This document shows, one piece after another, positions 53,192 to 64,000 of a stretch of DNA of 64,000 nt (its first letter is position 1; every line of letters starts with the position of its first letter). Source of the stretch: Phoronis australis (Eukaryota; Animalia; Phoronida); contig NMRA01000042.1 of assembly GCA_002633005.1 (NCBI GenBank), forward strand, positions 1-64,000, in the 5' to 3' direction. Made by a program: the position numbers and the translations under genes. The notes under the pieces are model-generated. The model was given only the letters and a program-made list of their open reading frames with translations. It was not told where the DNA came from and ran no database searches.

Positions 53192-54603
53192 CTGAGAAAA
53201 ATAACGCCTGTGTTGTTTATTAAGTGGTACGATAATGAGCCTTTTGTGACAAGAAACGAAGTGATAGAGCTCGAATATCTTTATCCACAAGATGACAAGA
53301 ACTCTTTATAATAGGTACAGTTTCGGATGTTTGGCCCGAGGACTCGGTCACCTCTGAGGTAATGGGAAACTATGTGGGTAAGCCGTTGAAAACCTGTAGA
53401 TTTTGAACATACGGAAGTACATGAAAAAGCTTCCGATAAAGTAGTGTAACGCGTTTAGGAACCTCTGTGTATGGTGAAAAGATGTATCACAGATTGTACC
53501 TTGTATATATACAGATGGCTTCAGAATAAACTTTGTCGAAATCGAGAAAACTTACTGTAGTGCAATACATTTAACAGGCGCAATAATGTCACATTGTACT
53601 GACTACTCTAGTCATAAACGCTGCAAAATGTTATTTTATTGAGGCAAAAGTTCGGCTAAATCTCCAAGCATTACTGGAAAACAATTCGTCACAGGTTGAC
53701 GAAGTCCGATAGAGTTCTGTCGAAGTTTGTTCAGGTCATTTTGAAAACTGCTGCACATGTACTTTTCACGCCCACGTCGTCTGTATGGGGGAAATGAACA
53801 GTTAGGCTGCAGCCGAGGCCAATTCTATGCTGCCTATAAAGTCAAATTCTAGAATTAAGCCAGGATTGGGGACAGTTTTGAGGCAAGAGTTGTATATAGG
53901 CTCAGTGAATCTAGCTTGTTTGTGTTTGTGTTTGTGTTGGTAATAAGAAAAGTCTAGTGGTTTGGTTGTAGAGGGATCTGTCTTCAAAATGGCGGCTCCC
54001 TGTAGCATTAATTTTGTGCACCGCTTAGAAACGACTAAGAAACAACCCAAAATTGCAAGAAATTGTTAGTTGACAGTCCGTTTGTACCACATTTTTGGAA
54101 TAGGTAAAACATTTGCCTTTAGAATCGAAAGCTGGTTTATGTCGCCCATCGGCTGGAAAGTGGTGGTTTCGGGGCGAAAAGTGTTAATGTTGTGTTGTTT
54201 ATTGCCCTCTTTTTTTCTTAGCCAACCTTGCTTTTCAGTAGAATCAATTTAAAGGGGGGTAATTATGCAATACGGAATAAAGTGTTTGTGCGCATCTGTA
54301 AGGTTTTTGATGCGAAATGACTCAAAACGTTTTGTTGGTGTGCATACTGTTTTCAATAGAGTGAAAAAGTTGACAAGTCCTTTGATGTGTGGGCAAAACC
54401 TAGTGAGAACTGACCTGTGCCTCGTAAGTTGTGAGGTATGATTTCTTGGCAATTTGACAGTTTTTGATTTTGGGATTATGTCATTTGTTGTTGAGGCGTT
54501 TTCAAACGTTACATGTTTATCGGTTTCTTAATGCTGGTAACGTCGAAAGTGGTACATGTACTTTTTGGTTGTTACTACTACACAAGCATGCTAAATTTTA
54601 TAC

Positions 54604-54737
54604 CCTGCAGGCGCCTTCCGTTCCGTCACCGAAGCAGATCATGCCGTCACCAATTTTGCCACGCCATTGCCAGTTACAATTCCTGTTGCTTGAGGTTCGT
54701 CCGTAAAACTGTTGCATGTGATACTGGTCTTCAGTGC
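54604..54737 (-). CDS. Serine protease B, internal exon
   Basis: GTEDQYHMQQFYGRTSSNRNCNWQWRGKIGDGMICFGDGTEGACR; 134 bp. Confidence 0.92.
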
Positions 54738-54769
54738 CTGAAATCAAGAAACAAATTAGAGCTCTTTTC

Positions 54770-55055
54770 AGCATCACCACCATCTCGTCATTATTGCTGT
54801 CACCTTCTTGCTTTTTGTCTCCTCATCCTCATCGCCATTTTTGTCGTCCTCATTCTCGTCATTATCGTTATCTTAATCATGATCATCATCATCATTGACG
54901 TGAGCATTATTTACTATCGTTTTAACCGTCACTGTCCCAATCATCATCATGGTCGCCATCGTCGTCATTGCCGTCGTCAACACCATGAATGTCATGATCT
55001 TTAACATTAGCACAACCATCATCATCATCTTCGGCTGTTTCGTCGTCACCATCAC
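54770..55055. repeat. CAT/CGT trinucleotide low-complexity repeat
   Basis: Degenerate (CAT)n tract. Confidence 0.8.
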
Positions 55056-57156
55056 AAATGATTGCAATTCCTCAGAATTTTAATTTTTAAAGTGCGATCT
55101 TAGTAAATTATTTCCAAACACCTTTTAACGTGTGATTAAAATCACAGTCTACCATCAGGCAAATTCCTAGAAGCGAACCTGTGGAAATGAAATGACTGTG
55201 ATATCGTGACAAACATTAACGCAGGCCAACATCTCTGAAATCACTGGGTTGCAATGAATTACTTAGAAATATATATTTGCATATACATGTTATCAGTAAT
55301 GATCTGTTTTCAGAGGTTGTGTGCCCTTTCTGTGGACAGTATAACTTGGTTCAAATGCTAGGCATCATCAACACACCAATGTTTCCTACTTGGCTACTGA
55401 CGTCTGCAACTTCTCTCAGGGAAAGCCTGATGACTACCTCGACCTTCGGTCTCGGTCGATACGGGCACAAATGCCGTTGTTTTCATCTTTGCTACCTCTT
55501 TTCAAGAAATAAATTGTTACTTTTGAAACTGTTTCTTTTACAAGTGAAAAGTTGCAACCTAACGCGCAAGTACATACATATAGGATGTGATCCGCCACGT
55601 GAACAGTCTGAGTGAAGTACTTAAAAAATCTGCGGAAAAAATGAAAGAAACTTAGGAATTCGAAGCGTATGGGATAAATACAAATTGGGTCGAGGTCAAT
55701 ACGCGGAATAACGCCGAATGGGATATTCCTTCATGTACACCTGTACAGTGTATGTATGTGCGTGTACATGTATGTACATGCGTTTAAAATCAATGCTTTA
55801 TGCACTTGGCCCGGCTTAGGTGGCCTTCGCACATCGGATGACGCATTTCTTGCATTGAGACTCCTGTAATCCCTCTTTATGAAACGGTTAACTTTCACAA
55901 TTTAAATATATATACATATATGTATCACAACATACAGTTGTATAGTCAAGTTACTTTTATCGTTCCCGCTGATTCATTCAAGCCAACATTTTTTATGGTT
56001 TGATGGATATACAAATCACAGATAAGCTTACAAATATCAATGTTTCTCTGGCCATTCTTCCCCACATGTGAACATTCTGAGAAGTGACGTGGTCATTGTA
56101 ACGCACGGTTTTTAATGCGCTCCAGTTCAGCTCGAGAGTTCAGCAAGTAAATAAAATGAGCAGCCGAACTCAACCAATGATCACGTGCACCTCGTCCAAA
56201 GCATTGTGGTTGCTTAGGGAAATGGACTAAAAAAAAACAATACCGCTGCGTTAACTACACCACTTCTCTAATGAAAATTTTGCGTGCCAAGTTAAGATTA
56301 TCAATTACTTCAAATCACGTATTTTGCCTATTTTGCGTTTTCTATTTCGTTTTACTTGTCACGGAACATAATTGATTGTATTCTTCAAACCCAAAAAATC
56401 GGTTAATAGGCAATGAACTGTAAACACTCAGTGTCTTGGTGCCGTGCTTCTAAAAGCATGGCATCGCAAATATCATGTGACCAGCTGTGTTACCCACGTC
56501 ACTCACGCAATCTGGCATCGCACCCGAGTGGACTTCAACGAAAATGTGTTAGCTAGCGCGAACATTAACAAACACGTCGCAATTTCCCTGCTATTTTGAA
56601 GCGGGTATATCGCTTAACAGATTTACAGATTTTTGCCTGAAAATCTTAACATGAGACTGTCCCTGGAATTCTGTGCAATTGATCAATTTTCCAAAGAAGT
56701 TTTACTATAAAACGGGAGTCATCGATAATCATTAAAAAGAATTTTGAGATCGATGAAACACAATCTAAAAGAACTAATATGTTCTTAGTAAATCTAACAC
56801 CCAAAATCGGTCCTACAGATGAATTTGTACTGAGCACTGTTTAGTTTATACGGGAATAGCATGTGAACATCATGTCACAATTGCAATTTTTGAATGTTTT
56901 GATATAATTTCGCGATTTTTGCAGAGATCGAATCGCGAAATACGGTTGACGATGTTGTTTTCTAACACTGGTCGGACTGGAGCTTATGCCCCTGTAGATG
57001 TTACGTTTGGTTTAATAAACTGTGCCCACTTCATTTAATCTTAATTTGGAGTTCACCATATTTCATTACCCATCGATGTGGCGCTGAATCAATACAAGTA
57101 TTTTTAACATCAAAGCGTAAGTGTGCAGTTTTAACAAATGTGCAGTTCACACGTAC

Positions 57157-57319
57157 CTTGAGTAAGACCCCATCCGGTCACCCAGCAGTTCCTGTTATCG
57201 AAGTTGTCGGACTTTTCCGGAAGGCACACGGAGTTAACGTACTTGTTGAACTTGATTGGTTCAGCTAACTTGAGCAGCGTGATATCATCCTGGGTGCTGC
57301 GGCCTGAGTAACTGCGGTG
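57157..57319 (-). CDS. Serine protease B, exon with catalytic Asp
   Basis: HRSYSGRSTQDDITLLKLAEPIKFNKYVNSVCLP..CWVTGWGLTQG; 163 bp. Confidence 0.93.
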
Positions 57320-57744
57320 CTGTAATAACATTGAAGTGCAAATGGTACACTTGAGATGGTACAATTCTCATTGTTATTATAAGTTCTATTTGTTTTTAGA
57401 TATGTTATCATAAAATGTCATTAGTTAAATATGAGCTGATAATAAAAAATGACAGAAAAACATGTGATGATGACGTTTGTGAGCAAAGAACGATATAACT
57501 ACCGCAAGATATCTGGGGAACTTGGTTGAGACCCTGTTGGGACTGCTTGATGCAACCGGGAACTGAACTCAACACCAGAGGGCGGCTTTCAGTAATAGAG
57601 CATGAAAACGTAACTTTTCCTATCTCGACGCTAGATCGGGTTAAGTGTAGATCCGCAGTTCAGAGAATTCAGTAAACCGGTTTTGAGAAAAACGGAAGGA
57701 ACTTCAGCGGCGCGACCTTGGTTACTGCGCTTATCGCTACTCAC

Positions 57745-57844
57745 AATTATGATTTTCTCAATGTTGTGGTCGTATTCTGTGCCGTCTTGTCGCCCTTGGT
57801 AGAGATCACCTACGCGGACCTTGTAGTTGCTAGGATTGGTAGAC
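57745..57844 (-). CDS. Serine protease B, internal exon
   Basis: STNPSNYKVRVGDLYQGRQDGTEYDHNIEKIII; 100 bp; ATACAG/GTGAGT boundaries. Confidence 0.9.
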
Positions 57845-58123
57845 CTGTATTAAAGTAAGAGTTATCATGCATCCGAAGCTCTAGATACGAAAAAGCCACC
57901 CCAAGATTTCAAAGAACAAGATAGATTAGATGAGGCAATAATTGTTATTCTACTGCCCTCGGCCCATCCGGCCTGACCAATACTCATTTCAGGGTTTCGA
58001 TGACTGCCTTGAAAACCCTAATTATTGTAAGCGTTATTTTGTCCAGTTTTTGCTGCAGTAATGCGGGGTTTAGCGTCGTTCCTCTGCAAACGAAAGTTCT
58101 CACTTAAAATGGGTTTCACTTAC

Positions 58124-58298
58124 TGCAGGAAACAATGACCAGCGGTGATGACCCAGCCAGGGGCAAGAATTGATCCTCCGCAAGTGTGTCGACCATACAA
58201 TCTTAAGGAAACTTGCCATGGCCAACCTCCTTTGCGGGCCTTAGTACCACCCACAACGCGATTTGTGGAAGGTGGAAACAGGGTCACTCCGCAACCGG
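58124..58298 (-). CDS. Serine protease B, exon with activation site and catalytic His
   Basis: [13 protein letters not shown]|[39 protein letters not shown]; 175 bp. Confidence 0.93.
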
Positions 58299-58841
58299 CT
58301 GAAAGAGAAAATCAAACGTCGATCATTCACCGTGCATTGGCTGCGTGCTATAGACGCCAGGCACACACAAGCGACAATGTCTTGCAAGTCTAGTCACCAG
58401 ATGTTGTCACGCAATAGAAACGAAGCACTTGACAACATTACCTTGATTCTAGACCTTCATGCACGTGCGAATTCAGTCCTGAAATTGCCGGTTTTGACTG
58501 CTGATAAGAGGTTGAAAAGAGTGAGATTCGTGACATTATGGATGGATTAGGCAAGACGATCATGAATTTTCCCATACATTTAATTCATCATTCTGGGCGT
58601 GTGCGGGGGAAACAGTGCAGCCTATGCCTAATTGGCATTACTACTGTATATTATTACCTTACGGTGAGGTACGAAAAATAAACGGTACTGCATAATGCAG
58701 TAACCACTATCCAAAAGCCGTAAGAGTGATTTGTTTTCGGGCAAACTTGTTTGCAAGAACTGACGACTCAACAATTACATCAACAATAGCATATACAAGA
58801 AAACCTTAAAAGTTTGAAGTGAACAAAATTATAATAGCTAC

Positions 58842-59066
58842 CACTTGGAGCATCAGTAGCTCCTGGCTTTCCCGTTGTCCGTACTGGGGCGTCGGTTTGA
58901 GGTTTCTGAGTTGTAGCGGAAGTGGAAGTGATGCAGCACCATTCGCTTGTGCTCGCGCACAACTGGCCGTAAGTGTTACTATGTGTGTACTTCTTTCCAT
59001 TCGTGCATGGCGCCCATTGGTTCACACAGACGCCATTATATTTGTCTTCACAGACTGATGGTCGAG
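58842..59066 (-). CDS. Serine protease B, six-Cys clip/big-defensin-like domain plus T/P-rich linker (upstream exons not identified)
   Basis: RPSVCEDKYNGVCVNQWAPCTNGKKYTHSNTYGQLCASTSEWCCITSTSATTQKPQ..; TTTCAG acceptor; phase 1-1. Confidence 0.85.
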
Positions 59067-62000
59067 CTGAAAGAGATAATGAATTTACGTGAGAGTTACC
59101 GGGGTGACATGTACCCCAGGTTTTATTTGAGTTTCTCCCGGAAATTTTATTTTGTCATTGTTCAACCCATCTTTTCAATGTTAGGCGTTCCTACTTTTAA
59201 AGTTGGTCTTTTTCATGTAGTTTCTCACTGAATTCAGCGAAAAACATCAAAATGCCGAAATTGATATTTCTTGTACAAAGTGTCAGTATTGACCAAAGCC
59301 ATTTTAAAAGAGATATAGAGATCATTGCTGGTCACATTAAGTAAAGTTTTATGAGCAAAATAGCATAAAATATAGGACTAAGCTTTTTAGTAAGCCCTGT
59401 CACTCATTGGTAGAGCAAGAAACTACATTCAAATGCAAAATACCGCACAGTTTTTATGTTAAAAATTATAATTGTAATAGTAGTCTCGTGATCTGTGTAA
59501 TGTCTTGGTGTAACTCAGGCGAGAAATTTGTTCTGAGGTACTCGAGAAGCTGGCACTTAAATTACATTTACTTGCGTGTACCTGAACCGTCTTTATGTAA
59601 ATATTAATGATTATTATATAATTATAGATTCATAGTCTGTGTACTAGCTTAGTATAACCCAGGCGAAAAAATTGCGCTGAGTTCCTCGAGAACCGGACTA
59701 AAATATACGTCGACATCTATCACTTCCCAATTGCAAATTTCATAGATTCTATAATCTCTAGTCGTACATTTTATATCAACCTACTTCTATACAGTCGTTT
59801 TCAGGATGCAGCTTTATCTGCATGTGTGGTGTATGGAAAACAATGAGTAGTTTTTGACTGGACAGCAACACATGATTTCACTTCGATACATACATACATG
59901 CATTCATGTATGCATATACATAGGTACATACAAATGTATAACTATTGACCAAAATCGACATCATTTTATCTTATGTATTGTTTTGCAGTACGTAAAACAT
60001 GCGGGATGTATCGACACTATCAAAAGCCTTTCTAAAATTAATGTAAGCGCAAAATACCATTCTCCTTTGTTACGTTATGGACCTCTAGAGAAGACAATGC
60101 AATTTAAACGTTATCAGTGGGCGGAAGGCAGCGTAATCTTCAGGAAAATAATGCGCTGCGTTTTTCCTGTCAACCAGTCGTGGATTATGAATAGTCATGA
60201 ATATTTTACTATGGTATTTATATGTGATATCTCTCTGTAATTGCTAGGATTGCGTTTGTCAACCTTCTTGTGCAACGGTTATGGTTTTGACTGCCTGTTG
60301 TGCAATGAACCCAAGTCAAAGATTTTGCTGATTAGTTTAAAGAGTCTAGCAATCAGAAAATAAATTGTTTGTAAACTCTCTTCTTCCCAAGATGATTCGC
60401 TATATTGTAGGTTCGTGATAGCTTTTCAACACTCACCGTAACTACTGGTTCTATTTTGTGAATGTACGTTTTCGTCGGATGTGTCTTGCGTTCACAACTT
60501 GCAATGTAGATCGTGGTTTTTCATACTTTGCTTGATATTGACAGTAAAAGGGTACACTAAACAAATGACAAATTCAGGCTTTCAAGCTGTTCCACCGAGC
60601 GAGTATGGAAGGGTAGTGATATTTTGATAACAGTTACACGTTATTCTAGAATAAGAATTGTGACGCAAACTAGGATGTACATGTACATAAGAGTCTCAAT
60701 TCCTGTTTACTTTCCGTCAATCAGCTACACACCCCGTGTCACAGTCAGGCAAGTCACATGGCTATACATGTAGAAAGGCACCAGTTTCGTAGACGTAGTC
60801 ACCTGCGACAAATCCTGGCCCACTCGACCACCACCAACATTGTCCCTTGAATTTCCATAGCCCTTCTTCAGGTTGAATTAAAATGCCATTTATAATTATT
60901 AGTTGAGTACTACTTTATTAATTTGTGTGACCTTAACAGAGATGCTGTAAAGTTGTACATAACATGAAAAGTATAGCTTAAATTGTAAACGTATATATAT
61001 AAATAGATATGCAAATGTGTGTATTCATCTGTAAGTATTGATGTATATGTAACGTTTTTGACTTACGGATGTACTCGGCTTCTTAGCACTTTCTTAGTTT
61101 TGGTCCAATTACTGTTCATTATAGCATTCTTAAAAACAAGAAAAGAATTCAACGCGTAATACCAATACAAAATTGTTTGAATAATTTAGGTTTATAACAT
61201 TTAACTGCGTCTACATTTCCCTCGGAAAACTTATAAAGGTACAAACTCCCTCGGTTTCATTTTCGTTAAAATCGATGCAAAACGATTTTAACGCATTATT
61301 AAATATAATTATCCACAAGTGACGCTCTTTCTATTTGACATCTGTTTCAAAATACACAGAACACTTAGAAACAAGTTTTCGTAATTCTGGGTACACTTGG
61401 CTGATTAAAACCTGAGTAATTTTTATCCTCCAGAGCCCTAGAGACACCGCCAAGAATACTCTGTCGCATGTTATCCAGTCAAATATCGTATGATTTCTGT
61501 TGTTTACCTTTTGGTAGCCAGAGTTAAGATCACAACTTGTGCTAATGTTAAATGTCTACAAGACAAGCATTACTTACTCTGGTACCTACGGTAGACGTAT
61601 AATCTATATCTACCGAGGCCTAAGGCCACAGCAGAGGCCTTTGTAGCTCCCAAAAATGATGAAAATAGCGTGGTTCGGGTTTGATGACAGTTTTGTGGAC
61701 TAAATGGGAAGTGATTGCCACAGATGATATTCAATCCAGAAACGTGGCCTCAGCTCCTGTCTACTAGGATATGCAAGCGCCACCATTTGAGCACATCCCT
61801 GTTGAGTGTTGAGTTTGGGTTGGTAATGACATTTTAACTTGAATTTCCGGAATCTAGAGTAAAAGAAAATTCGGATGATGGCCTCCCTTCATGCACCGGA
61901 ACAATGGTGAATTTGTGACTTTAGGTAAAAAAACGGACAAAATCGTACTTTTTGTTAATTTTTGTAGTCTCGATGTTTTTCACGGTCTATGTAGGAAAGT

Positions 62001-64000
62001 AAAACAACATGGCTTTGCTGAATCACATCATTTTTGCGAACCCATAGAGTGGACTTTCTGTCAGTTATGCCTTTTTCAGATGTCTGAGACAACTGTGCAA
62101 ACAATGATTATGATAAACACAGCTCAGTGTTAAGGTAAAAAATCAGCCACTGATACTGTGGTCCCGGAATGACGGGAAATGATTTCTTATTAGTTAACGT
62201 TGTTGTTTACACCGCCCCCTGCTGCTCAATATTTGTAACAGTTTAATCTATACCGATGGGGGCTAATGAAGTAAAAATACTTGATTGAGTCACAGAAGGA
62301 AAAAGTAAATTGCCAGGTGAAAGTACTCAGGAAATGTTCTCCTATTGCTCAGGGCCCACTAACTATGAATCCTGCAGCAGTTACAACGACGAGTAAACTT
62401 CTCAACATGATAGTAAAAGTACCAGTCTTTCTTGAAGGGAAAACAACCGGTATTGAAATTATCTTTACTAAACACATAGCCCTGGTAATTTTGTAGGGGT
62501 ATTGTCCGAGTCAATTACTCTTCCCCTAGCATACTATCCATGTAACAACAGGAAGTGACGTAAAAGGTTCGTCATTCACGTCCTTTGTACAAAAACAAAT
62601 GAGCAACGTGGACTAGCTGTGGTTAATGGTGAGTAGGTCTGTATTGTGTATGTGCAATGGAAGTTCTTGTAGAACCGAGATGCAATAATTTTATATTGCT
62701 GGGCTATCCATGTCACAAACGCATTTATTCCCCTGATAGCAAATAGTCACCATAGAAACGGCAACTCACATGGAGAAATACACTTTCAAGATAGCCAAGG
62801 ATCCATATTTTACAAAACGTAAAACAAACCCCCCTTTAAGCCTGGTCGCCGTAACCGTTTATACCGACGTATGTAAGCGTTGGTGTACGTAAAATAGCCA
62901 TTAATCTAATTTCCAAGGAATAAATCAAAACGTCCAGGATCTCCAAATTACATGTACTTTCAGAATAATAAGACGAGTACACGTGTAAATTACACGGTGT
63001 ATTGGTTTCCGTAAAATTAGGCAGGAATCGACTTCTGATCTTAAAAAAAATTTTTTAATGTGCAGTTAGTCATAGAGCCATTTTCGCTTTGCTGACAAAC
63101 AATTTTGGATTATTGTTGGACAGGATATGTTTATGAAGTTATTAAATTTGACCAAAAAAGCCGTTGTTTTTTCTGATTTGATGACAGATCGCCAAACCAC
63201 GCCGTTGTCTGCCAGACATTCAGTAGAATCTTTAATTCCTGCGCCATGTAAATAAGCATGAAATACTTTTGTTATTTAATGCGTTGAATTTGGCTCAGTG
63301 GCAAAGCTTTCGACTGCTCTTGCGACGGTAGTGATTCTGCGGTACTATTTTAAGTTCTTGCACGCCACCTGTGGCCACATCACATGACCAAATGAATATA
63401 TTATAAGTCTAAAAAGATTTCTGCTCTAACTGTGACTCGAACATAGGACCTTCTGCTAACCGTGAAGACACTCTAGTCTACTGAGCCATTGGGAATACAG
63501 TTGTAGACATCTCGACTTTAAGTTCCTGACTATATACATACAGTATAGATATTAATTCTGAAACCGGCGTGGAAAACATTTTTAAGCCTGGTCAGCACGC
63601 CGCCTGTAAAATCACTTTCCTGGTCAAGATGCTCCTTTAAGTACACGCTTAAGTTTAAATGCGGTTTGATTTAGGTTAGTTATCGTACAAAATGCGTAAT
63701 TAAAACCTGCTTGATCTTATACCGTACACAAGTTTGAGAAGAACTGGTTGTTTGTTATTGCTTCTGTACGGGCCCGTCATTTGGTTGTCACGGCGGGCTT
63801 GGATTTAGCCTCAGTCGCCGAAGCACCAATGTAGTCTGGAGAATTCTCGCCACTTATCTCCAGCAGTTACTAAGGAGAATAACATGATGATCTACAGTGT
63901 ATCTGTATATTTTGGCTCGAACGACCCCCCTCCGTTTGGCGAAGTGGGCTAAAGGGTCAATCTCAAAGAAACAACAAGTCCGAAAAGTAGAAAATGAGAC

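Noticed and set aside
62330-62410. Minus-strand MLRSLLVVVTAAGFI as the signal exon of protease B
   Set aside because: The best donor (GTTAGT) is phase 0, but the 59066 exon needs phase 1; the only phase-1 GT is weak.

Overview
AT-rich, intron-containing animal DNA. It looks like a marine invertebrate, probably a lophotrochozoan, but that is an inference. I built six protein-coding genes by hand from GT-AG sites and reading-frame phase: (1) an SLC10/P3-like Na+/bile-acid cotransporter (+, 5729-8862, 3 exons); (2) a RING-Bbox-Bbox-coiled-coil-NHL TRIM protein (-, 10999-15240); (3) a rolling stone/FAR-17a-AIG1-like membrane protein (-, 21109-23976); (4) RNase P/MRP subunit RPP14 (+, 30339-35659, 5 exons); (5, 6) a tandem pair of S1A serine proteases (-, 38084-49706, and 53030-59066 with its 5' end unresolved). 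The most notable feature is the N-terminus of the proteases: six-cysteine beta-defensin/clip-like modules, each on its own phase 1-1 exon, one with canonical beta-defensin spacing. The remainder contains two LINE 3' fragments, a THAP remnant, a decayed intronless USP deubiquitinase inside RPP14 intron 1, two long inverted-repeat elements, several MITE families, a tRNA-like head with a four-fold amplified A-box, strong enrichment of TACATGTA, and duplications at single-N junctions that are probably assembly artefacts. All family calls come from motif recognition; no searches were run.
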